53,218 nucleotides of DNA. Origin: Octopus bimaculoides. Taxonomy: Eukaryota. This document shows positions 1 through 11,444 of the stretch, in pieces. How positions within the stretch are numbered: the stretch's first letter is position 1; the number at the start of each line of letters is the position of its first letter. The stretch spans positions 40,819,427 through 40,872,644 of the forward strand of contig NC_068990.1 of assembly GCF_001194135.2 (NCBI RefSeq), read 5' to 3'. A program made the translations under genes and the position numbers. The notes below the pieces were generated by a model. The model did not search any database and was not told the DNA's origin. It saw only the letters and a list, made by a program, of their open reading frames with translations.

Positions 1-54
<54 letters not shown>
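1..54. repeat. (TG)n microsatellite
   Basis: Direct reading. Confidence 0.95.
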
Positions 55-57
<3 letters not shown>

Positions 58-666
58 GTATGCATGTATGTTTCTCACACATACATATGTAGAAAGAGAG
101 TATTTGTGTATGAAAATATCTTTGAGCACCAAAGTTCCAGCTTGTAGATGCAAATAATCGCAGCTTGCAAAAATATGGAAGTCATAGTTATGTCATCTCT
201 CGTAGATCCCATTCAACTCTGACTGAAAGTAATATAAACAAATAAAAATATTCACTGAAAAGACGTGTGAAATAGACAGCGATCAATGAATATTTCATTA
301 TCGTTAATGCCATTAATATAATTAAAATTACAATATTCGACTCTTTAATTAGAATACTATTTCAGAGTAAACAAAGGGTGTGCAGGTGATGTTTTGTTTA
401 TTCTCCTCTAATGTCGTAACTGAATACAGCGTAAGGAGGAAGGCTAATAATTTATATCGTTCCGGCTGGTCAATGGACTTTAGGGTGAATATAAGGCTAT
501 ACACGTGAGCGAATATAGTTGTGCGCGTGCGAGTGGAAGTGCTCTTTTATTCTTTTAGCTATCCAAATAAACAGACCAACCTTTGTTGTCGAGCGGTGTT
601 GATAGACAAGCACAAACACATAGACACGTATGTACTCGCACGCACAGACATATACGAGAGAGAGAG

Positions 667-840
667 CACTACCTTGAAGAATTTTTTAGCTGAATGAATC
701 GATCCCAGTATTTATTTGTTTATTTTAAAGCCTGGTACTTATTTTATCGGTCTGTTTTGCCGAACCACTAAATTAAAGGGTCATGAACACACTAACACCG
801 GTTGTGAAACGGTGGTGGTGGAACAAATACAGACACAAAG

Positions 841-879
<39 letters not shown>

Positions 880-1024
880 CGATAGGCTTCCTTCAGTTTC
901 CGTCTACCGAATCCACTCTCAAAGCTTTGGTCGGCTCCGATGCTATAGTGGAAGACACTTGCTTAAGATGCCACGCAGTAGGACCGAACCCGGAACCATG
1001 TGGTTGGGAAGTAAGATTCTTACC
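667..1024 (-). mobile_element. SINE family A copy (tRNA-like head, internal microsatellite)
   Basis: Aligns by eye with 37696-38156 and with the reverse complement of 14963-15340 and 34181-35147; (CA)n(TA)n between the two halves. Confidence 0.8.
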
Positions 1025-1349
1025 GGGGGTGGGAGAGACAACAAACGTTTACCTACAAAATATATGCATGCTAACAAGTGTCAGATACTCAATTTGACAT
1101 GCAATTTCTCTCCTCCTCGCTCTCTCTCTCTTTCTTTCTCGCTCTCTCTCCTCTGCATGTTTGGAGTAAGAGTATACTACATGTTCGTATTCGCCATGTG
1201 GTAAATTGCAAACACCTAGCATGGCTTGATCACCACACTACACTCAATGCGGCTAGATATATATGTGCAAAGAATGTAAAGTGGTTCTAAGATAAGGATT
1301 AATATGTGTCTTTCATATACATGATGCAACATATATATGTGTCTTACAT

Positions 1350-1703
1350 GTTGGCACTCCGTCGCTTACGACGTCGAGGGTTCCAGTTGATCCGATCAAC
1401 GGAACAGCCTGCTCGTGAAATTAACGTGCAAGTGGCTGCGCACTCCACAGACACGTGTACCTTTAACGTAGTTCTCGGGGATATTCAGCGTGAAACAGTG
1501 TGACAAGGCTGACCCTTTGAATTACAGACACAACAGAAACAGGAAGAATGAGTGAGAGAAAGTTGTGGTGAAAGAGCACAGCAGGGTTCGCCACTATCCC
1601 CTGCCGGAGCTTCGTGGAGCTTTAGGTGTTTTCGCTCAATAAACACTCATAGCGCCCGGTCTGGGAATCTGCTGCCCTAACCACTGGGCCATTGCGCCTC
1701 CAC
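1350..1703 (-). mobile_element. SINE family B (tRNA-Arg-derived, OR-like), 27-nt deletion in the tRNA head
   Basis: Near-identical to 6139-6527 and 38880-39269; target-site duplication GTGTCTTACAT at 1339-1349 and 1704-1714. Confidence 0.9.
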
Positions 1704-4034
1704 GTGTCTTACATATACATGACGTATTGCACACAGGCGTTTGATCGTCCACTCAAGCAAGTCTGACAAATGTATCTTATTTAACAACGATAACTAAAAA
1801 TAGATACGAGCACCAGCAACAACCATGGATTAATTTTTACTGGGATTATAACCCTAAGTAGGACTGAAGGCAAATCCACAATCTCTACCTCACCAGTATC
1901 ATCACCTATCACGAACATAACGTTATTGATAACACTTCACTTTCATTTTGCACGGAATCGTGGTGACGACGACGTCGGATACTACCACGACGACGACCAC
2001 CAGCACAAATATCAGCACCTGCACCAGCGCCACAATCGCCACTATCATCATCATCAGCAACAGATTCTTTAGGTTAGCGACAATATCGATAACACACGAT
2101 TGGCAACAACTTAAAAGTCGATATTTTAATTAACCGAACTGTTTCATTCTCGATAGTACTGAGTTAATAAGTGAATGACAAAAAAAAAAAGGAAAGGAAA
2201 GAAAGGAAAACATCTGAAATATGACGCTAGTTTATTACAGTCAATTTAACAAGACTATATATGTAGGAATATATACATGTGTGTGTTGCATGTGTATAAT
2301 ATGTATATATTTACATATATGTGTATATATAAGTGTGTGTGTGTGTATACATACATATATATATATATATATATGTTCATGTATATACATATATATATAT
2401 ACTTATAATTATATACAAACATATAGACACAAACACGTGTGTGTGTATATGTGTGTGTATGTGTGTACATGAGTGTGTGTATGCATGTGTGTGTGTGTTT
2501 GTGTGTGTGTGTGTCTGTGTGTTTGTGTGTAGTGACTTCTGTTGGATCCTCACACGTCGAAGCCGAGTGAGGATCTAATTGCAAATTACCATTAGTTTAC
2601 CCAAGTGGATGCTTTGATTTCAGTGATGAAAGCTCGTGTAGGACCAGCCACACTTTCTGGAAATGTTGATATTAGAAACTTGGTACAAATGTTTTCCACA
2701 AACTCATTGAACGCCACACTTGTGGCTTTTGTATTAAAGTTCCCCAGGTCCTGAGTTAAGAGCCTCCGCCACAGCATTGAGTCCAACCCAACGTCTTAAG
2801 CTAAATGTGCACCCGAGTACCAAAGTAGAAATTTGTGTGTCCCAGGGTGCGTACAGGGCAATATTAAAGAATTCTTTAACCTTTGAATGTATGGAATTAT
2901 TATAATTAGATGAGTTTCTTTCCTATGTTCTCTTAAGTTATAGATGTCGTTAAAAACTATTTTTCTCAGTAGATTTGATGTTTTGTTTGTATTTCTATTT
3001 CAGTAAATAGTTAAGGTGAAGGTTTTCTTGGACACTGGACTTATATAGATATTACTTTTACAATCTGACAATACGGAAATAGAGAACGTCTGTAAAGTCA
3101 TGCTCAAAGTTTCACCGTGAAGCCTAAGCTGAACATGTATGTGAAACTTTTTATTACGTCTTGAAAACATACAGAGTTCAATGTGGTTGAGAATTTTGAA
3201 TATAATGTACAAAATAAGCATGAGGACTCAGAATTATGGCGCTGTGGCAGTGAAATTTCTATCAGTTGGTCAGAAATGTTCTTATGTCATTCTTGATTGT
3301 AAAAATTCTTATTGGAATGAAAAACCAATATATTTTCTTTCTAATTATGTGAGTGCATTTTTAAGAGAGAGAGAGAAAAGGAGAGCGAGAGAGAAGGAGA
3401 GAGATGCGGGGAAGAGAGAAAGAAATGAATAGCAATTATATAGCAAATCTATTATCTCGGTTAACATTGCTGTGCTGACAGACTTTGGCAGCTTCTGAAA
3501 ATGTGCATAATTCTTGTATTCATCACTATGGCTTGGAGGCTTGTCTATCGATTTTGCTAATTAGGTAGTTAGGCTCTCTCCCAGTATTCACTTGGGCTCT
3601 AGATAGACGTCTTTCTTAGTATTCTTTGGGAGTCATATCTCCCTAAGTATTATATATGCATTTTCCTTTTAATTTTAATATTTTACATTTCACCAAAAAG
3701 TAATTTTGTTTGTTCTTTTCATTAAATTTCAGCTAACAATAACTTTGTGGTTTCAAGCTCTAACCCTCACATATCTTTATCGGTACGACTGCTTCTCATT
3801 GATTTCTTTTATGTTGACTTTGAAATAATCTGAGGCACAAAGCTAGAAATTTCGGAACGTTACGACAGTAGTTTAGTAATATCGACTCCTGCACTAATAA
3901 ACAAATAACTAACTTCCACAACAGTGATAGCTACCAGGGAGAAGTGTTGTGATTGTACTTTAGACTCATGTGAATTCAGTGATTTAATAATACTAATGAA
4001 GAATTATAAATCCATATCTCTTATAACATGTAAC

Positions 4035-4325
4035 CGTATTCAAGGATGATGTTATATTAAAACGACTTTGCGAATCATTAGGTCTTGTAATACATATAGC
4101 TCAAGTGGGACTCACAATGAAATATTGTTCCTATATTTGGGATGCGGATGCTCGTACATCTGGAATGGTACTGATGCTATTTCACAGGCTTCCAAGTCTG
4201 CATCTATTGTATTAACTGAAGTGTAGACCCTCACAACTCACTCCGGTCTTTCCAAACCCTAATCTGCAGACTTTATCTAAAACGTTTACTAAGCAGTCAT
4301 TTGGACTTTTGGCCTTCCTGCATCT
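4035..4325 (+). mobile_element. Degenerate LINE RT C-terminal fragment (CR1/Jockey-like)
   Basis: Translates IHIAQVGLTMKYCSYIWDA, resembling the YKAQVRPxMEYCSxIW motif; frameshifted and stop-ridden. Confidence 0.45.
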
Positions 4326-4824
4326 ATACTAAGCATACTCCATATATAGATATATGTGTGTATGCCTGTATGCAACTGTGTGCATGTGTCTGTGCCGGTA
4401 TATGTGATAAGCTTCAGCACAGTTTTTCTCAACCTAAATTCACTCACAGTATTAGCCAGCTACTTATAAAAATTTTGCTTGACGCTAACTTTAGATTACA
4501 TATATACATTCACATATATACATTCAGTATATTATCTTCTTCTAAACAATTACATGTTCTGCTCCAATTGTTGTCAAACCGAAGATTGTAACAACAATTG
4601 TTGTCATTATCGTTTAGTCTCAGCACCAAAAATATCCTAGTCATAATTGTGTATCACACGAAAGTAACAAGATAGATTTGTTTGAACTTCGGTATTTCTT
4701 TAGTTGATGGATATACAAAATTTAGATATATGTATATTATTTAGATATTTCTGGAGGAGGAAGTGGAGGAAGAAGAAGACAGAAGGTGAGCTTGTATTTA
4801 TGGCATTAGCAGACTCTCTGGAAC

Positions 4825-5130
4825 CCTTGATTTTTTGAATGTTCCTCTTGGACACTTGCACGGCATTAGTTTTGCAAGAAAAACATGGACAGGAGTAAAT
4901 TCCTCCCAGCCTACGATTTCTGGTGGAATAGTTGGGTATTGTTTTTAGCGAATGGCCTTAGTGGGTGAAGAAAATGCACATAACGACAGGAGAAGAGAAA
5001 AGCGGGAACATGGATTGTCAGAGTAGTAGTGGCACGAAGTTAGCCGAGGAGCAAAGAGGCAGCTATAGTAACAGAATTAGCAGGGAAAGGAAACCAGAAA
5101 TTGAAGTGCGTTTCTGAGCAACATCATACT
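4825..5130 (-). mobile_element. Degenerate LINE 3' end fragment
   Basis: Minus strand resembles the nucleotide pattern of the PRTxxLWNSLPxxVFP terminal motif; heavily decayed. Confidence 0.35.
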
Positions 5131-5562
5131 AATAAGTACGTCTTGTTTTGGATAGAGGCTTTTCTCCAAAGGTATGTGTTACTAGTTTCAGCAATGAAAA
5201 AAAAATCTACCCAGATAGCTAGTGAATACAGCGATAAACTAGACAAATATATATATATGTTATGATCGTAATTTATATCTACATGTATGTATGCATGTAT
5301 GTATGTATGTATTTATGTATAATACATATATATATATATANNNNNNNNNNNNNNNNNNNNNNNNNNNNNNNNNNNNNNNNNNNNNNNNNNNNNNNNNNNN
5401 NNNNNNNNNNNNNNNNNNNNNNNNNNNNNNNNNNNNNNNNNNNNNNNNNNNNNNNNNNNNNNNNNNNNNNNNNNNNNNNNNNNNNNNNNNNNNNNNNNNN
5501 NNNNNNNNNNNNNNNNNNNNNNNNNNNNNNNATATATATAAACATAAATACAGTCATATATT

Positions 5563-5594
<32 letters not shown>

Positions 5595-6138
5595 TGTGTA
5601 TATATATACATATGCACACACGCACATACACACACACACGCGAAAGACTTGAATATATGTTATAAATATGGTATAAGAAGGCTACTGGAGTGCTGCCATC
5701 AAAGCTGATTATAAAAGTTTTTGAATCAGCTCGTACCACTTTTATCACTGTACGAGAAAGAATAAAGGGTTTAAGCTTTGACACTAATCTGTTGAAGAAC
5801 AGAATGCATCGATATGGAAACAGGTTTTATGCTGATTAATAGGTACCAAGAGTATGACTCGAGGAAACACTTCAAGAATTGCATAAAAAGTTAAATCACG
5901 CATTTTGGAAAATGTATGTTATTGTGTACGGCCATTTTTTGCTTGTGCTTATCACTCTGTTGAAGATTTGAACTTTACGCACAGGAAGGAAGGTGCCAAA
6001 CAATTTGCAAGAAGCAATAATGCAAAATGAAGAAATTCTGAATTCTCTTGGTTCTTAACTACACAGAATTATGTTTACTCTCCTTCGAATCTTATCGAAT
6101 TAAAAAAAAAATGGATATATCGTAATCCTGGATATATT

Positions 6139-6527
6139 GTTGTTGTTGGCACTCCGTCGCTTACGACGTCGAGGGTTCCAGTTGATCCGATCAACGGAAC
6201 AGCTTGCTCGTGAAATTAACGTGCAAGTGGCTGAGCACTCCACAGACACGTGTACCCTTAACGTAGTTCTCGGGGATATTCAGCGTGACACAGAGTGTGA
6301 CAAGGCTGGCCCTTCTAATTACAGGCACAACAGAAACAGGAAGAAAGAGTGAGAGAAAGTTGTGGTGGAAGAGTACACCAGGGTTCGCCACCACTCCCTG
6401 CCGGAGCTTCGTTGAGCTTTAGGTGTTTTCGCTCAATAAACACTCTTAACGCCCGGTCTGGGAATCGAAACCGTGATCCTATGACCGCGAGTCTGCTGCC
6501 CTAACCATTGGGCCATTGTGCTTCCAG
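6139..6527 (-). mobile_element. SINE family B, full length
   Basis: tRNA-Arg-like head with A and B boxes (GGCCCAATGGTTAGGGCAGCAGACTCGCGGTCATAGGATCACGGTTTCGATTCCC), (CAA)n tail, TSD TGGATATATT at 6129-6138 and 6528-6537. Confidence 0.92.
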
Positions 6528-7345
6528 TGGATATATTATGCCTGGAGAATAAACATAGCCTCCGTGTAAACGGATGTTACTGGTCGGCTTGATCAGGCCT
6601 TGCAAACAGATCTTACATTAAAATCTTCAGTAAAGCTAACCTAACTTAGACCTTAATATACGAAAAGAAGTATAAGTTAGATTAATATTTAGCTTTGGAA
6701 TAAATTACATTTTAAATCAACTGCAGTCACGTTCTTTTATATATATTCCAAAATATTTCTCTTTACAATAATTTTGTATTAAGCGTGTTTGTGTTTTAAC
6801 GCTGGCAAATATTTTAGAGACACTCCACTCCTTCAGTAGAAGCAAAAGTTTATTGAAGGGATTGGCTCTGCAATTATTTCAACTCAACATTATAAGCTAA
6901 CGAACTATTCCGCACGTCACTCAAAGTTTACCGAGGTGAACTTACCTAAATGAAACTATGGTAAATGGACTACTGAAAAGTGTCTTTAGCAAAACTACAA
7001 AGATCATTGGTGAGTAAGGCATGAACTATCAATTCTTTAACTTGAAGTATAACATAAGTTGGTGTGTCATGTGTAATACGTGTTTTAGAATGATAACTAT
7101 GTTGTTTTCACACAGGTGATTAGATTTGTGGTTCACCCGAGTGATATATTAGCTAACATATTAGGTTCAATATATTAGGTTTGAAATTCATCTAAGGAAA
7201 TCCGGAAATTCCATATCATTTCCACAGAGATATGATCTATGTATGCTAATACAAGCTGCTAGGGAGGCAGAAAATTACAAAGTAAATTCTAGAATGTTAA
7301 GAAACTTGGGGTCATCGTCACTCTTCGCAGAAGTTAACCATAAAA

Positions 7346-7422
7346 GTTCGTATTAGCTCAAATGGTCGAGAGCACCGCGACGCGTAATCACGGAGGTGTG
7401 AGTTCGAGTCTCATGGCTGGCC
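7346..7422 (+). pseudogene. tRNA-like pseudogene (CGT at anticodon position, Thr-like)
   Basis: D-stem GCTC/GAGC, T-arm GTGAG-TTCGAGT-CTCAT, anticodon arm CCGCGA/TCACGG with loop CGCGTAA; acceptor stem broken; T6 at 7431-7436. Confidence 0.6.
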
Positions 7423-8559
7423 GCCCACACTTTTTTCTGCAAAATCGGGGTAGTTTATCCTATTCAGGCTATATTATTAACATTATCCTGCGTTTGAGAA
7501 TTTAAAATCACTTCTTTAATATTACACATATTTGATTTGTTGTGAGGAGGAAATATCTAACATTTTGGACATTTGTTATTCTCGAGAGAACAGAAAAAAA
7601 ATCACAGCTTGGGAGTAGTTAATTGTAGCTATATGTCCTCGGAATAAACAACTGATACTATATTGACTCTGCTGCTGTGAATCACAAAATACAAACAACT
7701 ATGAAAAATACCACACAAACATTAATATATAAAAAGATATAAGCAATATCGCGGTGATAAGGTCAAGGCTATTTCCACCAATAGAATGTATATTAGCATA
7801 AAAGAATTTAAGAGACAAAAGAAAACAATGAAGCCGACCGAAAGAACAACTTGCATATCAAATATTACCGTAAAATTTCTCTGTAATGTAGACTACATAT
7901 ATGTGAAAATCACAAATAAACCGGAAATACACCTTCGAAACGTACTTTTGGCCGACAATTTTCCTGCTCTTATCGTTAGTCCATCAAAAGTTTGGCTCTC
8001 TTGTTAGTGAAGGATGTTAATTTCTTGTATAATTTCATAAATCTCCCAACGGAATGTTAGAAGCAGAATAATTGAGTTTTGGCGCCATAAAACCTGGAAA
8101 TATGAGTACGAGATAGATGTTAAAAACAGATGTTGCTATTGACTGGAACAATTGACGGCAAAAGAGAGCGGCATCCAAAAATAAGCTACTGTTTGACAAC
8201 GTAATGTCTGCTTTGACAGTTTGGTCAGCCCATTATCTCGGAAATTGTCCGAGAGAATCGCTAGAGTGTGGAGATTAGACAACAGCGAAATCAACATCAG
8301 CTACAACGGCGACGACAATAGTGACAACTCGGCTGATAGCCACAATAACAGCAACAATTTTATAATAGCAATTTACATCAATGAAAACGACGTTAACGAT
8401 TTAACAACACAACAGCAACGACGACGACGACCACCACCACCACCACCACGACAACAACAACAACAACATCAGCACATTAAGGAAATACACGTTGCAAGAA
8501 GAGCAACAATGAAAGGAACATCAATGTCTACAACAAAGTAAACAACGAATCTAGAAGGC

Positions 8560-8875
8560 AGATCCTATTTGGTCGCTCGACCTGCTAAAAATAGTAGCCA
8601 AATTTTCTTTGAATTACACAAGAAAAGGCCGAACTGTTGTTGAAAAATGACTACAAACACCTAAAACGATGAGTCAACGAAAGAACCTTAGCGTGGTTAC
8701 CTTCTCCGCAAGAAATAGCAGAAAAATCTCCATCAGATAAGAACCCACTATCTTAAACAACAAATTACACAAGCGTATGATGTGTTCCTAGAAAGACGTG
8801 ATGGTGCCTAATGGAAAATTTTCGATTATAGATGTGATCAAAGTTGACCCGGAACTAACCAGAAATATCAACAAC
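8560..8875 (+). repeat. Two decayed fragments of interspersed repeat family D
   Basis: Shares CTGCTAGAAATAG..GCCAAA and GATCAAAGTTGACC.GGA.CTAA motifs with 43360-43530 and 44610-44775. Confidence 0.5.
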
Positions 8876-8944
8876 ACAGAAAAAGAAGATGATTAATAAT
8901 AATAATCATTATGTGCATTTCTGATCAGGTGCAGGAGTTTGGGA

Positions 8945-9271
8945 GAACATCAGAACCATGTTTTGAGGGGAATTCTTTGAGATTTGAATAATTCACCACT
9001 GGAGATATAGGTGTCTTCTTCGTGATTCTTAAATAACTCTTATTCAGAGACCCTTTGAGCAGTTAGAAAATTCTAACTGGACACCCACCTACAAGGTCAT
9101 GCGCTGTTTATCTTGATACTAGATCACCATGTCGCGGATATATGGTTGTGATGCATGTGCCTAGTTTATCCTTATGAGACGGGTAGTCATGATGGGTATA
9201 TTGGGCTTCCTACATTAGTACCTCAGTGTCACTTTGATGACATTGCGATGCTCTCTCACATGATAATAATG

Positions 9272-9350
<79 letters not shown>
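8945..9350 (+). mobile_element. Probable retroposon 3' part ending in a long (ATA)n tail
   Basis: Complex, moderately GC-rich body followed directly by (ATA)n at about 9256-9350; single copy here, so the family call is from recollection. Confidence 0.45.
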
Positions 9351-9351
<1 letters not shown>

Positions 9352-9580
9352 GTAAATTGATATATATTATTTTCTTCGTTTATTTTATTGTTATCAAAGA
9401 GATATACATTAGACTTTGTGCGAGTGTCGTTGTATAGCTATATCCGACTTCAGATATTCAACCATATATATTGCATATTCTACACACCACCTGATTTTAT
9501 TTGACTGTTTTTTAAAATTAAAACAATTATAGGTAAGAAATGAAGAGGATATGGGAACTAGCTTTAAAAAAGTACTAATA

Positions 9581-9809
9581 CATTAATCCCTCGATTATCG
9601 CGGGTTCCACCTCACCGCCATAGGTGAAAATCTGTGAAGTAGAAACAGTACTGTACTGTATATATTTTTAGAATTATTTTTATAATTTGTACAAATTTAT
9701 TTTATTATAAATGCAAAAGAACACCACAGAAGAATCGTTGTAAGCTTAAATAATAAACCGCGATAGGTGAAACGCGATAGGTGAACCGCGATATGACGAC
9801 GGATTACTG
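9581..9809. mobile_element. MITE, Tigger/pogo-like (Tc1/mariner superfamily)
   Basis: TIRs CATTAATCCCTCG... / ...CGACGGATTACTG, TA on both sides (9579-80, 9810-11), subterminal CGCGATAGGTGAA repeats. Confidence 0.8.
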
Positions 9810-10120
9810 TAGTTACAATTGACAAATTCTATCATCTATCGATAAATAATAAGAAGAGTATCTGTGTGTGGAAACGATTAGAAAGTTTGCATTAGATAGG
9901 TGAAATAAACATCACAGATGCTTTACCCTTTACGGATATGCAGGAACTACTTAGAAAATTTACAAGTTTTTCTAAATCCACCGCAAGCTAGAAACCCTTC
10001 CCTATCCTCAAGCTTTATTACAAAAGGGTGTGGAGGAAGCCAGGAAAAAGATATGAAAAATGAAAATAAAGAAAGAAAACCGGTTCATTGACACAGAAAA
10101 TACCTCGATGTCGAACAAAT

Positions 10121-10692
10121 TAAAACGGATGAAATTCAATGTAAGGAGATATATGTATATATATATATATATATAGTGTAGTATATAGCCACTTAAGTGT
10201 GGCTGACCCCTAGGGGTGGATGTTACTGTTGCTTTTAGCCCCAGGAGGACATCTCCTCCAGCTGGCTTATCGACACACGACTGTGTCCTGTTTGCCAAGG
10301 GAAGTTATCCCTCTCACCATGACCTGTAGCACGAACGGATCCGGATTTCAGGGTTNNNNNNNNNNNNNNNNNNNNNNNNNNNNNNNNNNNNNNNNNNNNN
10401 NNNNNNNNNNNNNNNNNNNNNNNNNNNNNNNNNNNNNNNNNNNNNNNNNNNNNNNNNTAAAACGGATGAAATTCAATGTAAGGAGATATATGTATATATA
10501 TATATATATATAGTGTAGTATATAGCCACTTAAGTGTGGCTGACCCCTAGGGGTGGATGTTACTGTTGCTTTTAGCCCCAGGAGGACATCTCCTCCAGCT
10601 GGCTTATCGACACACGACTGTGTCCTGTTTGCCAAGGGAAGTTATCCCTCTCACCATGATCTGTAGCACGAACGGATGCGGATTTCAGGGTT
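10121..10692 (+). repeat. 235-bp direct duplication flanking an N gap (10121-10355 and 10458-10692)
   Basis: Two substitutions seen between copies (GACCT/GATCT, ATCCG/ATGCG). Confidence 0.9.
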
Positions 10693-11213
10693 ATTTCCCT
10701 TCGTCGGCGTGTGTGTGCAGTATTTGGTGTTAGTGTATGCGCAGATTTGTATGTTTGTTTTATGGATGCGTTTTTATGTCTAGATGCATGCATATGTATT
10801 TATGTGCTAAATTTTTGGAAAATTTTACATATCTTTACAGTTCCATTGATGGCTTGAATCTGTGTATGTATGTATGTATTCGGAGGTCAATCAATTTAAA
10901 GCGTTTAAATATGTCAACGTATTGGAGATAAGCTGCATGAGATTCGTGAGGAAAGGAACATTTATGGAGGGAGGATGTAATCAGTATCTAGAATTGATTG
11001 TGGAATGAATCACATTGTGTAGGTGTCTATGAAGGAGAATGAAGAGACAGAATGAGAAGGCAAGTGAGGGTAGGTGAGAGAGATATATAAAAAGACAGAC
11101 ATATATAGAAATAGAGTGTACACGAAAAAAAAAACATCAATAAAAATGTAAATTCAAATTCATTTGCAGTTGCGTGTTCGTTTTCTGCGAATCGAATTAT
11201 CTATTATCCGACC

Positions 11214-11444
11214 ATGGCATTTAACTTTCAACGGCCAAGTTCGCCAAGAGTGCTGAGTTCTGGGTCTTCAATAGACCTGGAAAAGACAGTCAATGTCATC
11301 AACAATCATGCTGTACAACAACCTAACACCCCATCTCTCTCTCTCTCCGCTTGTATGCCTTCAATTGTTTGTAAGTTAATAGTCATTATTAGCATATGCT
11401 GTACTTTGTTTGGCGCTGTATGTGTGTATACGCTCGTGAGGTAG
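11214..11444 (+). CDS. Candidate coding exon or small ORF, unknown product
   Basis: Acceptor TTTGCAG ending 11169, Kozak ACCATGG, non-repetitive N-terminus, donor GTAAGT at 11371; read-through gives a hydrophobic C-terminus. No recognised homology. Confidence 0.3.
   Translation: MAFNFQRPSSPRVLSSGSSIDLEKTVNVINNHAVQQPNTPSLSLSACMPSIVCKLIVIISICCTLFGAVCVYTLVR

Noticed and set aside
716-1204. 162-aa ORF
   Set aside because: Antisense read-through of a family A SINE plus microsatellites.
8221-8541. 106-aa ORF with poly-R/P/Q
   Set aside because: Non-ATG start and derived from degenerate CAA/CGA/CCA repeats.
10200-10355. HDV-like ribozyme fold (CTCCTCCAGCTGGC resembles the HDV L3 region)
   Set aside because: Could not build P1, P2, P3 and P1.1 together on either strand by hand.
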